Assembly: GCA_012962155.1 (NCBI GenBank)
Contig: DTXZ01000058.1
Coordinates: forward strand, 1-47,650
Reading direction: 5' to 3'
DNA: 47,650 nucleotides
From: Aquificales bacterium
GTDB lineage: Bacteria > Aquificota > Aquificia > Aquificales > QOAS01
The position numbers and the translations under genes were made by a program. Shown piece after piece: positions 36,116-45,427 of the stretch (position 1 is the first letter of the stretch; the number at the start of each line of letters is the position of its first letter). The notes under the pieces are model-generated. The model had not been told where the DNA came from. It did not search any database and saw only the letters and a program-made list of their open reading frames with translations.

Positions 36116-36742
36116 TCAAGACTTTTTTACAACATCGTGGATTATAACGGTTTTACCCGCAAGGTCCGAAAGGAGGTTTAAAGCACTTTCGGTTCCCGAA
36201 CCCATAGCTATGGCTACCATCGTTTGCTCTCCCGCTATTAAACCGGCAGCGTAAACGCCGGGGGAAACCCTTTTCTTTTCGTCAACCTTGAGCATAACTT
36301 TACCCGGACGGGGGGCTTTGGCGTGGGGCAAAATTTCCGCGTTTAAACCTTTTATGTCAAATTTATGAAATCCGGTAGCCAATATTATTTTTTCCCCTTC
36401 AAAAATCTTTCCATCTTCCGTTTTTACTTTAAAGTTTCCGTCCTGACCGGAAATTTCCACGACTTTGCCTTCAACAAAATCTACGTTATCCAGAGTCTTT
36501 ACCCTTTCACGCATCGAACTTAAAACTTCGACACCCTTTGCTCCTATATCAACGGCCGGAAAATTTTTCAAAAGGGCTTTGTTTAAGTCGCTATTTCCCT
36601 CGTCTATGACGAGGATTTTCTTATCTTCCATAAAGGGCAGGTGTCCTTTGGCACTGGCGAGGGTTGATGCGGCGGAAAGGCCCGCGGGACCTCCTCCAAC
36701 TATTATTGTAAAGTACTTCATAGGGTTGAATATATAACCCAC
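36116..36742 (-). CDS. small FAD-dependent oxidoreductase, thioredoxin-reductase-like but lacking CxxC and a full NAD(P)H domain
   Basis: 208 aa. It has the FAD dinucleotide motif IIVGGGPAGLSAA and the C-terminal GVYAAGLIAG FAD motif. There is no redox-active CxxC anywhere. The start is uncertain (GTG 36742 or ATG 36721). Confidence 0.75.
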   Translation of the reverse strand: MGYIFNPMKYFTIIVGGGPAGLSAASTLASAKGHLPFMEDKKILVIDEGNSDLNKALLKNFPAVDIGAKGVEVLSSMRERVKTLDNVDFVEGKVVEISGQDGNFKVKTEDGKIFEGEKIILATGFHKFDIKGLNAEILPHAKAPRPGKVMLKVDEKKRVSPGVYAAGLIAGEQTMVAIAMGSGTESALNLLSDLAGKTVIIHDVVKKS

Positions 36743-36799
36743 GCCCCTTTAAGGTTACCCCGTAAAATCTCACAATTTAGGTTAAATTTTTTGTAGTCA

Positions 36800-37456
36800 A
36801 TGTACGGAGGTTTCGTTTACATTCTCTCCGCCCCTTCGGGAGCGGGAAAAACGACGGTTGGAAATCTCCTTTTGAGGGAGGTTCCCTACTTGGAAAAGGT
36901 TATAACCGTAACCACGAGGTCTCCCAGAGAGGGTGAAAAACACGGGGTAGATTACTACTTCCTTTCCGAGGATGAATTTCTAAAAAAAATAGAAAAGGGC
37001 GAATTCCTAGAGTGGGCAAGAGTCTACAGATATTACTATGGAACCCCCAAAAGTGAGGTTGAAAGAATTTTGTCCCAAGGTAAGGATGCCCTCCTCATTA
37101 TAGATGTCCAAGGGGCGTTTCAGGTAAAGGAAAAGTTCCCCAATGCGGTTTCCATATTTCTACTTCCCCCCTCCCTTGGAGAACTCAAAAAGAGGCTTAC
37201 CCTAAGGGGGGAAAGGGAAATTGAAGAACGCCTTGAGTGGGCTAAAAAGGAAATTCCCTGCGCCAAACATTTTGACTACGTAGTGGTCAATAACGTTTTG
37301 GAAAAAGCTGTTGAAGAAATAAAATCTATTATGTTATCCAACCGCCGTAAGGCGGCTTTTGTTTTTAATAATGAAAATTACCAATCCTTACATTTGGGAG
37401 AGGATATTCTACAGGTTATAAAAGGGGAGGATTGCCATGGAAACAAAAAGGTATGA
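36800..37456 (+). CDS. gmk: guanylate kinase
   Basis: 218 aa. It has the P-loop SAPSGAGKTT, TTR.PR.GE..G.DY.F, and EWA.VY...YGT. It has a C-terminal extension of about 30 aa that overlaps the rpoZ start by 20 nt. Confidence 0.9.
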   Translation: MYGGFVYILSAPSGAGKTTVGNLLLREVPYLEKVITVTTRSPREGEKHGVDYYFLSEDEFLKKIEKGEFLEWARVYRYYYGTPKSEVERILSQGKDALLIIDVQGAFQVKEKFPNAVSIFLLPPSLGELKKRLTLRGEREIEERLEWAKKEIPCAKHFDYVVVNNVLEKAVEEIKSIMLSNRRKAAFVFNNENYQSLHLGEDILQVIKGEDCHGNKKV

Positions 37457-37685
37457 GGAGAGCGGAAGACCTCCAATAGAGGAAGCCTTAAAGAAGGTTT
37501 CCACCAAATACGAGCTAGTTCACGCCGCCGCCCAAAGGGTAAAACAGCTTTTAAAGGAACAGGGCGAGTTTATAGTTATAGAAGGCAAAAAGGGAGAACT
37601 AAAGAAATTAACCTTCAAGGCTATAGAGGATATAGCCAACGACAGGGTTAAGGTTATAAGCCTTAAGAAGCTCTTCGGTGCTTGA
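37437..37685 (+). CDS. rpoZ: DNA-directed RNA polymerase subunit omega
   Basis: 82 aa. STKYELVHAAAQRVKQL matches the omega N.YELV..AA.RARQL core. gmk-rpoZ adjacency is a common arrangement. Confidence 0.85.
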   Translation: METKRYEESGRPPIEEALKKVSTKYELVHAAAQRVKQLLKEQGEFIVIEGKKGELKKLTFKAIEDIANDRVKVISLKKLFGA

Positions 37686-37706
37686 TACTTCCCCCTTTTT
37701 TAGAAA

Positions 37707-37725
37707 TTTGCAAATTCTTTGCAAA
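37707..37725. promoter_or_regulatory. two TTTGCAAA palindromes one helical turn apart upstream of leuA
   Basis: TTTGCAAA occurs at 37707-37714 and 37718-37725, an 11-nt centre-to-centre spacing. They lie 66-84 nt upstream of the leuA ATG. A CATAAT hexamer lies at 37739-37744. Confidence 0.3.
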
Positions 37726-37790
37726 ATCTAACTGTGTTCATAATCCATTGTGGTCTAAATTTTTAAGTTTACCTCTTAGGGGTAAGTCCA

Positions 37791-39353
37791 ATGGGAGAGA
37801 AAGTTTATATATTTGATACCACCCTAAGGGATGGGGAGCAAGCTCCCGGTTTTTCTATGACGACTCAAGAAAAATTACAGATGGCTCAACAATTGGCGAA
37901 TTTGAAGGTTGACATAATAGAAGCGGGTTTTGCCGCCGCATCAAAAGGGGATTGGGAAGCTATAAACCTTATTGCGAGGGAGGTTAAGGGACCCGTAATC
38001 TGCTCTTTGGCTAGGGCGTTGGAAAAGGATATAGAAGCGGCGGCGTCAGCTTTAAAACCTGCGGAACGGAAAAGGATACACACCTTTATAGCGACCTCCC
38101 CAATCCACATGAAGTATAAACTCAAAATGTCCCCCGAAGAGGTTTTGAAAAGGGCCGTTAAAGCGGTCAGGTATGCCCGAAACTTTACCGACGATGTGGA
38201 ATTTTCTTGCGAAGACGCCACTAGAAGTGAAAGGGTCTTTCTCTACAAAATAATAGAAGCGGTTATAAAAGCGGGTGCCACCGTTATAAACATTCCCGAT
38301 ACTGTGGGCTATGCCATTCCCGACGAGTTTTATACCCTAATAAAAGGTATAAAGGAAAACGTTCCAAACATAGACAAGGCTATCATTTCGGTTCACTGCC
38401 ATGACGATTTGGGCTTGGCCACCGCCAACTCCTTGATGGCGGTTTTAGCGGGCGCAAGGCAGGTTGAATGCACCATTAACGGTATAGGTGAGAGGGCGGG
38501 AAACGCGGCCCTTGAAGAGGTTGTTATGGCTTTAAAGGTTAGAAAAGACCACTTTGGGGGGTTGTATACCGATATAAATACACCCGAAATTTACAAAACC
38601 TCCCGACTCCTATGTAGGATTACGGGAACTTTTGTTCAACCAAACAAGGCTATTGTGGGAGAAAACGCCTTTGCCCACGAGAGTGGAATACACCAGCACG
38701 GCGTTTTGGCAAAAAGGGAAACTTACGAAATAATGAAACCGGAAGATGTAGGTTTCCCCCGTTCCAAAATTGTATTGGGTAAACACTCGGGAAGACACGC
38801 TCTAAAGGCGAAATTAAAAGAACTCGGTTACGAAGTGGACGAGGAAACTCTAAACAAACTCTTTGAGAAGTTTAAAGCTTTGGCCGACCAAAAGAAGGAA
38901 GTTTACGAGGAAGATTTGGAAGCCCTAATTTACGAACAATTTAGAAGCTCCTCTTATGAGAATTTTTTGAAACTTTTACATCTTCAGGTGCAGACGGGAA
39001 GCGGAATTTTGCCCACCGCAATGGTAAAAGTTATCTTTAAAGGAGAAGAAAAAACCGCAACGGAAACCGGTAACGGTCCCGTGGATGCCGCTATAAAAGC
39101 CATTCAAAAGGCTACCGAACTCTATCCCCAATTTGTGGATTACTCCATAAAGGCTTTAACTCCCAACACCGATGCACAAGCGGAGGCGAGGGTTGTTATT
39201 GAATTGGATGGGATAAAGGCCAGCGGTAGGGCTAGCGATATAGACATAGTAAAGGCCAGCGTAAAGGCGTATGTTGACGCTTTAAACCGCCTCTTGGCCA
39301 GAAGGGAGTATTTAAAGGCTAAAGAGAACGTAAGGAAGGAGGGAACGGTTTAA
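37791..39353 (+). CDS. leuA: 2-isopropylmalate synthase
   Basis: 520 aa. It has IFDTTLRDGEQAPG, HCHDDLGLATAN, HESGIHQ and a C-terminal LeuA regulatory (dimerisation) domain. Confidence 0.93.
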   Translation: MGEKVYIFDTTLRDGEQAPGFSMTTQEKLQMAQQLANLKVDIIEAGFAAASKGDWEAINLIAREVKGPVICSLARALEKDIEAAASALKPAERKRIHTFIATSPIHMKYKLKMSPEEVLKRAVKAVRYARNFTDDVEFSCEDATRSERVFLYKIIEAVIKAGATVINIPDTVGYAIPDEFYTLIKGIKENVPNIDKAIISVHCHDDLGLATANSLMAVLAGARQVECTINGIGERAGNAALEEVVMALKVRKDHFGGLYTDINTPEIYKTSRLLCRITGTFVQPNKAIVGENAFAHESGIHQHGVLAKRETYEIMKPEDVGFPRSKIVLGKHSGRHALKAKLKELGYEVDEETLNKLFEKFKALADQKKEVYEEDLEALIYEQFRSSSYENFLKLLHLQVQTGSGILPTAMVKVIFKGEEKTATETGNGPVDAAIKAIQKATELYPQFVDYSIKALTPNTDAQAEARVVIELDGIKASGRASDIDIVKASVKAYVDALNRLLARREYLKAKENVRKEGTV

Positions 39354-39416
39354 TTTTTTTCTCCCTTTAGTGCTTTTTTCATACGCTATGCTATTGTTTA
39401 GGTATTTGAGGAGATA

Positions 39417-40388
39417 CTATCCCCCTATCCCTATCATACTTTTTGCGGTTGCAAACCAACCGAAACCGTTTAGGGCTATAAAACGGTTGCTTTCCCCTTT
39501 AAGGGCCAAAAGTCGGGGAACAAATTTTTCCAAATTTTCCTCCGAAGTTAGGTGGGGAAGGAGGTCTATTTCCGAGGTAGTTCTCAAACATAGGTGTACT
39601 TTTCCGTCGGGGGTTATCCTAAATTTTTCGCAACCTTCGCAGAAAGGCTCGGTTACCGACTTTATAAATCCCACCTTTAGGTTTAAAGAAGGCAGGTAAA
39701 AATCTTTGGAAGAACCCGAGCCGTTGCTTTTGATAGGTTCCAATTTTCCGTAGCGATTTTCTATATATTTTTTAATCTCTTCCAACGGTAGGAAATGCTC
39801 TTTTTTAAAGAAAGGTAATTCCCCAACGGGCATCAGTTCTATAAACCTAAGGTGAAATCCGTTTTTTGCACAAAACTCCAAAAGGCCGTCTACTTCCTCT
39901 TCGGTAAAACCTCTAATGGCTACGGTGTTTATTTTTATAACATTAAAGTAGTTTTTAGCTTCATATACCCCCCTTAGTACAACTTCCAAATTTCCCCCCG
40001 TAAGGCGTTGGAATTTTTCGGTATTTAAACTGTCTAAGGAAACGTTTAACCTTTTAAGACCCACTTCCTTGAGTTGTTTGGCATATTTTTCCAAAAGGAA
40101 ACCGTTGGTTGTAAGGGAAACATCTTCAACATATTGGGTTGCTACTTTTACTATCGGAATTATGTCTTTCCTCAAGAGGGGTTCTCCACCGGTAAAGCGA
40201 ACCGTTTTTAAACCGAAAAGGGAAAAAACTTTCAAAATTAACTCCACCCTTTGGAGCGTTAAAACTTCCTTTGTTGGTCGAAAATTTTCTCCCCTACAGT
40301 AGAGACATCGGAAGTTACACGCATCGGTTAGGGAGATGCGAAGATATCTTATCCCCCTTACGGGGGGGATATATGACTTTTTTGACAT
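39417..40388 (-). CDS. moaA: GTP 3',8-cyclase (molybdenum cofactor biosynthesis protein A)
   Basis: 323 aa. It has the radical-SAM CNFRCLYC motif, GGEPLLR, and the C-terminal CxxCxxx...C cluster (CEGCEKFRITPDGKVHLC). Confidence 0.92.
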   Translation of the reverse strand: MSKKSYIPPVRGIRYLRISLTDACNFRCLYCRGENFRPTKEVLTLQRVELILKVFSLFGLKTVRFTGGEPLLRKDIIPIVKVATQYVEDVSLTTNGFLLEKYAKQLKEVGLKRLNVSLDSLNTEKFQRLTGGNLEVVLRGVYEAKNYFNVIKINTVAIRGFTEEEVDGLLEFCAKNGFHLRFIELMPVGELPFFKKEHFLPLEEIKKYIENRYGKLEPIKSNGSGSSKDFYLPSLNLKVGFIKSVTEPFCEGCEKFRITPDGKVHLCLRTTSEIDLLPHLTSEENLEKFVPRLLALKGESNRFIALNGFGWFATAKSMIGIGG

Positions 40389-40428
40389 ATGGAAAAGTTT
40401 AACAAATCTATAGTTATGCTATAGGGAA

Positions 40429-40797
40429 ATGGAGAAAGTTCTCGTTAGCGCTTGCCTACTGGGGATTAACTGCAGATACGACGGGAAACATAAACTAAAC
40501 AAGTTTTTATTGGAAAGATTGAAATTTTACGAGGTAATACCTATTTGTCCCGAAACCGAAGGTGGGCTTCCTACCCCTCGCGAACCGGCCACCCGCGAAG
40601 GGGATAAGGTTATAACGAATTTTACAAAGAGGGATGTTACACCTTTCTTTAAACTCGGTGCTTTAAAAACTTTGGAAAGGGCCAAGAGGTTGGGAATAAA
40701 AAAGGCTTTTTTGAAAAGTAAAAGCCCATCCTGTGGAGAAAATGGAATAACCGCCCAAAAGTTAAGGAAAAAGGGAATTACCCTAGAGTGGTTTTAA
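40429..40797 (+). CDS. DUF523 (YbbK/TudS-like) protein
   Basis: 122 aa. It has SACLLGINCRYDG, ICPE and SPSCG Cys-containing blocks typical of DUF523. Confidence 0.8.
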   Translation: MEKVLVSACLLGINCRYDGKHKLNKFLLERLKFYEVIPICPETEGGLPTPREPATREGDKVITNFTKRDVTPFFKLGALKTLERAKRLGIKKAFLKSKSPSCGENGITAQKLRKKGITLEWF

Positions 40798-40887
40798 TAC
40801 CCTTTCGCCTCCAGTTCCCCTTGAAACATATACAAAATACTACAACCGTACGGGCTTTCTATCTTTTATAAACTTTATTAAAGGGGT

Positions 40888-42165
40888 ATGCGCAAAATCA
40901 AGCTAGTTTCGGTCTTATTGGCTGTTTTGCTTACGTTGGGTGGTATTCTCTACCTTTATTCCAGTGTAAAGGTGGGTATTGAGATACCACCTTCCGCCTC
41001 TCTGCTTGCAAAAAAAGAGAGTATTCCCCTTAAGGTAGAGGTGGACCCCAACTTACCCCTCCTAAAGTTGGAAATTTTTTTAATTCAGGGAACCCATAAG
41101 GTTGTTCTTTACAGCGGAAAACCTCAAAATGGATTATTTAACTTTGAAATAGACACCGCCAAAGCGGGGTTGAAAGATGGAAAGGCTCAAATAGTAGCAA
41201 AACTTTTATTCCCCTGGGGTGGCGAGAAAACCGTCTACCGCAAAGAGGTAACCATAGACGGAACCCCTCCCTCGGTTGATGTTGTACACCAACCCCATAG
41301 ACTGGTAGTGGGGGAACCGGGGGTTTTAATCGTAAAAAGCTCCGAGGATACAGACCAAATCTTCATCTCGTTGGGAGAGGCCAAATTTCCACTCCTTAAG
41401 GTGGGGGATAACATTTACAAGACGATATTTACCGCTCCCCTTTTTTTACTCCAAAACCCCGAAAGGTTCTATATCGTAGCTATAGACAAGGCAGGTAACG
41501 TAACCCGAAAGTTTTTGCCCGTAGCGGTAAAGGTAAAGAAATTCCGCAAAGTGAAAATAAACCTGACCGACCCAATTTTGGAAAGGATAGTCCTAAAATA
41601 CTTTGACGATACAGAAAATGCCCTTCAAAAATTTAAGGTGATAAACGAACAATTCCGTGAAGAAGACCACAAAAAGCTTGTAGAAATTTGTCGGAACTCG
41701 AACGGTATTTTTTACCCCGTTGGGGCATTTAAACAACTTCCCGGGAGTAAACCGACCGCCTATTTTGGGGACTATAGAACCTATTATTACAAAGGGGAGG
41801 TGGTAAGCCAATCGGTTCACAAAGGGTTGGATTTGGCAAAGTATAGACACGCACCGGTTGTGGCCGCCAACGACGGGAAAGTTTCATTCGTCGGCAGGTT
41901 AAAAATTTATGGAAAAGTAATTTTAATAGACCACGGATTTGGTATCTTTACGTTGTATGCCCATCTAAATGACTTTACCGTTAAAGAGGGAGATAGGGTT
42001 AAAAAGGGAGATATAATCGGGTATACCGATACAACCGGTTTGGCTTTGGGTGACCATCTGCATTTTGGCATTTTGGCGTGGGGATATGCAACAAATCCTC
42101 TTTTCTTTTTCGACAAAAAATATTTAAATTACAATCTCTATCCCTATATTGGTAGTTCCGACTAA
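40888..42165 (+). CDS. M23-family metallopeptidase with N-terminal membrane anchor
   Basis: 425 aa. It has an N-terminal TM segment and a C-terminal LytM domain with HKGLDLA and GDHLHFGI zinc motifs. Confidence 0.88.
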   Translation: MRKIKLVSVLLAVLLTLGGILYLYSSVKVGIEIPPSASLLAKKESIPLKVEVDPNLPLLKLEIFLIQGTHKVVLYSGKPQNGLFNFEIDTAKAGLKDGKAQIVAKLLFPWGGEKTVYRKEVTIDGTPPSVDVVHQPHRLVVGEPGVLIVKSSEDTDQIFISLGEAKFPLLKVGDNIYKTIFTAPLFLLQNPERFYIVAIDKAGNVTRKFLPVAVKVKKFRKVKINLTDPILERIVLKYFDDTENALQKFKVINEQFREEDHKKLVEICRNSNGIFYPVGAFKQLPGSKPTAYFGDYRTYYYKGEVVSQSVHKGLDLAKYRHAPVVAANDGKVSFVGRLKIYGKVILIDHGFGIFTLYAHLNDFTVKEGDRVKKGDIIGYTDTTGLALGDHLHFGILAWGYATNPLFFFDKKYLNYNLYPYIGSSD

Positions 42166-42189
42166 AATATTTGCAAAATATTGTTCTTT

Positions 42190-44229
42190 ATGTCTTTTAA
42201 ATTTTCCCAAAAGGTTTCCCTTTTTATTATCTTACTAATACCTATATCGGTTGGCCTTTGGATCCGTTATAAACCGGTGGAGTTTTGGCTAACCCATAAA
42301 AGTGCTTTTTTTGTGGAAAACCGCCCTATTTTTACAGGCTACGATTCTTATTACTTTGCGCGGTTGGCGGAGGATTACAAAATAGGGGTCTTTAAACCGG
42401 GAGGGGAAGACCCTTTGCGCTTCGTTCCCGACCAGGTCCAATATCCCGACGTTATTCCCTTTTACTCATGGCTTTTTGCAAAACTAAGTCAAATCTTTAA
42501 TAAACCTATTGAGAATATAACATTTTGGCTAATCCCTATATTGGCGGTTTGGTTCGTAATACCGCTGACGGTTTTGCTTTACAAATTGAAAAGCCCCTTG
42601 GGAGCTTTGGGAGCTTCCTTAGCGGGGGTAGTTTCTTTTATCTACCTCGGTAGAACTTCCCTAAACAGATTGGACACCGACAGTATTATTTACTTTTCAA
42701 TATTTGCCATTCCCTTGGCGGTATACCTTTATTCAATTTCCAATGGAAAAAGAGTAAAATATTTATTCCTCGTTTTACTCTCCCTTTTTGTTCACATCTT
42801 TTATTGGGGTTACCTCCACCCGGACTTAATATTTGTTTTCTGGATAACTTCTATCGTTTACTTAGTTTTACCTAACTTTAAGGGTTCAAATCCCTTCCGA
42901 GAAAGAAACTTTTGGAAAGAAATCGCCCTGGTAACCTTAGCGTTTAATCCTATAATTCTCGGAATAGGTTTTTTCAGTTTTTTAGGAAAAATTAATAGTT
43001 ACATATTCCACTTTGGCCAACCTATAGAGAGTAACTTTCCCAACATTCAACTATCTATTTCCGAACTTCAAAAGTTTGACCTAGCGACCATTGCCAACAT
43101 TACGGTTGGTAGTCAGCCTTTGTTTTATCTGGGACTTTTCGGACTTTTACTCTTTGCCTACAAAAGACCCCGCGAGTCTATCCTGTTTCTCCCAACCCTT
43201 TTGATGGGACTTATATCCCTCAAGGGGGCTTCCCGTTTTGCGATGTTTCTTTCCCCCCTCTTGGGACTGGGTATCGGATTTCTACTAGACTATCTTAGTT
43301 CGGAGATTAAAAGATACTTTCAAAGCGGTTTTAGTCTTTTAATAAAACCTCTTCTGGGGGCTACTTTAGTACTTGTTTTAATGCTTACAAACCTAAAGAG
43401 TTTTTATTACATTCCCAAACCGATAATGTCGCCGTCTTTAGCCCAAGCCTTTATAGAATTGGGAAAGAGAACACCACCCGATGCTTGGATCTACACTTGG
43501 TGGGATTACGGATATGCAATACAGTATTACGCCCGCAGGGCTACCTTCCATGACGGTGGAACCCAATTCAGCCCCAAAACTTACTTTATAGCCTTGGGGT
43601 TTACCTCTCCTTCTCCAGAGGTTGGGTACAATGTAACAAAAACTTTGGCGGTTTGTGGTAAGGAATGTATAGAGCAACTCTTAGAGGAAGGAAAGAGTGC
43701 AAAACAAATAAAGGAGCTGTTTGAAAGTGGAAAACTTTTAAAGGGGAAAAATATAAACCATCCCATCTATTGGGTATTTACGGGCGACCTCATAAGTAAG
43801 TTTTTCTGGATTTCCTACTTTGGTAGTTGGAATTTTGAAACATTAAAAGGTAACCACTATCCTTTATACCAAACCATCTGCATTGAAAGGTTACCCAAAG
43901 GTATTTTCTGTCCCATTGGAGGTGCAACAGCTATTTTTAATCCCCTAAATATGTCGCTAGTTTTAAAGAAGAGAACCTATCCCGTTAAAATCTTTGCCGT
44001 TAAAACTCCTAAAGAGCTTAAGATTTACTTAAATGAAAAGATTTCAAACGGCAATGCAATTGAAAAAGTTTATACCTTCAAGGAAAACTTTTATATCTGG
44101 TTTTTAACCAACCGAGAAGGTTTTTATACCAACTTCAATAGGATGTTTATCTTGAGAACCTACAACCAAAGTTTATTTGAATTGGTAGCCAGTAGATTCC
44201 CAGATTACCTTTTTTATAAAGTAAGATAG
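42190..44229 (+). CDS. STT3/AglB/PglB-family oligosaccharyltransferase
   Basis: About 679 aa from ATG 42190, with roughly 13 TM segments and a C-terminal soluble domain. Catalytic motifs: GYDSYYFARL (EL1 acidic motif), RLDTDS, SISEL (TIxE-like) and WWDYGY, followed by GDLISKFFWI. Confidence 0.88.
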   Translation: MSFKFSQKVSLFIILLIPISVGLWIRYKPVEFWLTHKSAFFVENRPIFTGYDSYYFARLAEDYKIGVFKPGGEDPLRFVPDQVQYPDVIPFYSWLFAKLSQIFNKPIENITFWLIPILAVWFVIPLTVLLYKLKSPLGALGASLAGVVSFIYLGRTSLNRLDTDSIIYFSIFAIPLAVYLYSISNGKRVKYLFLVLLSLFVHIFYWGYLHPDLIFVFWITSIVYLVLPNFKGSNPFRERNFWKEIALVTLAFNPIILGIGFFSFLGKINSYIFHFGQPIESNFPNIQLSISELQKFDLATIANITVGSQPLFYLGLFGLLLFAYKRPRESILFLPTLLMGLISLKGASRFAMFLSPLLGLGIGFLLDYLSSEIKRYFQSGFSLLIKPLLGATLVLVLMLTNLKSFYYIPKPIMSPSLAQAFIELGKRTPPDAWIYTWWDYGYAIQYYARRATFHDGGTQFSPKTYFIALGFTSPSPEVGYNVTKTLAVCGKECIEQLLEEGKSAKQIKELFESGKLLKGKNINHPIYWVFTGDLISKFFWISYFGSWNFETLKGNHYPLYQTICIERLPKGIFCPIGGATAIFNPLNMSLVLKKRTYPVKIFAVKTPKELKIYLNEKISNGNAIEKVYTFKENFYIWFLTNREGFYTNFNRMFILRTYNQSLFELVASRFPDYLFYKVR

Positions 44230-44320
44230 AGAACGGTCTAACCGGGGATTTTCCCCTCCTTGGGAGTCTTATATAGAATAGAAAAGACTTTAGATAAAAC
44301 AGCAAAAGGAGGTAGTAAAA

Positions 44321-45385
44321 GTGGCCGACCTACTAATGGAAATATTAAAGGATGTTCAAGCCAAAGGTATTCAAAACATCTACAGAAGAAACGTTGAAAG
44401 GGTGCTTGCCGCCCTAAAAGTAACAACCGACTTTTGGAAAATTGTAGATTACTCCGACCTGCCCGTTCCTTACGCCAGCGCCATTATAAACTCCCTACTG
44501 GAAAAGGGTTTGGTACGGATAGAAAACGACGAGATTCTTTTGACCGAAAAGGGATGGCAGGTTTGCGAAGAATACCAAATAGGTAGCTATAAAGACTTTT
44601 CCTGTGAGGCTTGCCAGGGAAGGGGAGTTCCCTTTTTTAAAAATACCGAATTTTACAGAACCTTTGTGGGAATCGCCAAAGACCGTCCCGAACCTGTGCA
44701 ACAATTTGACCAGGGAGCGGTAACGCCCGAAACCACCGTATCCAGAGTTCTACACATGGATATGAGGGGAGACATAGAGGGCAAAGAAATTATCGTTATG
44801 GGTGCGGAGGACGACCTTACCGGATTGGCAATAGCCCTTTATGGAGGTTACAAAAGATTGCTCATTATAGATATTGATGAAAGACTCATAGAGTTTGATA
44901 ACAAACTTATCAAAGAATTGGGGCTAAAAAATGTTGAAGCGAAGGTTCACGACCTTAGGAATCCTTACAGCGAAGAGTTCTTAGGAAAATTTGACGTGTT
45001 TGTTACCGACCCCCCCGAAACTTTCGCCGCCTTTAAAGCTTTTATAGCAAGGGGAATTGCAACCATAAAAGACCAGGGTGGTGCCGGTTATTTTGGACTT
45101 ACCCTAAGGGATAGCTCCATTTTCAGATGGCAAAAGTTTCAAAAAGAACTCCTTAGAATCGGTGCGGTAATTACCGATATCATTCAAGACTTTAATAACT
45201 ATATGAACTGGGGTTACCACGAAGAAACCAAGGCGGCAAAGGTTGCACCCGTTAAAAAAGCCCCCCGAGATATTTGGTATAGAAGCGCTTGGTATAGAAT
45301 TGAACTATTGCCCGGATTTGAAAGAACAAACGAGCCCATCTCGGATGAGGTTTTCTACCTTGATGAGGAAGGTTCAACCACTTAA
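44321..45385 (+). CDS. bpsA: BpsA-like (DUF43) aminopropyltransferase, candidate branched-chain polyamine synthase
   Basis: 354 aa from GTG 44321, after AAGGAGG. It has an N-terminal winged-helix-like region and a C-terminal Rossmann domain with GAEDDLTGLAIAL, IIDIDERL and FVTDPPET. The family recall is from memory. Confidence 0.75.
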   Translation: MADLLMEILKDVQAKGIQNIYRRNVERVLAALKVTTDFWKIVDYSDLPVPYASAIINSLLEKGLVRIENDEILLTEKGWQVCEEYQIGSYKDFSCEACQGRGVPFFKNTEFYRTFVGIAKDRPEPVQQFDQGAVTPETTVSRVLHMDMRGDIEGKEIIVMGAEDDLTGLAIALYGGYKRLLIIDIDERLIEFDNKLIKELGLKNVEAKVHDLRNPYSEEFLGKFDVFVTDPPETFAAFKAFIARGIATIKDQGGAGYFGLTLRDSSIFRWQKFQKELLRIGAVITDIIQDFNNYMNWGYHEETKAAKVAPVKKAPRDIWYRSAWYRIELLPGFERTNEPISDEVFYLDEEGSTT

Positions 45386-45427
45386 ACTTTTCCTTTCCGA
45401 TTTTCCTTTTAAAATTTCTACCCCCGT

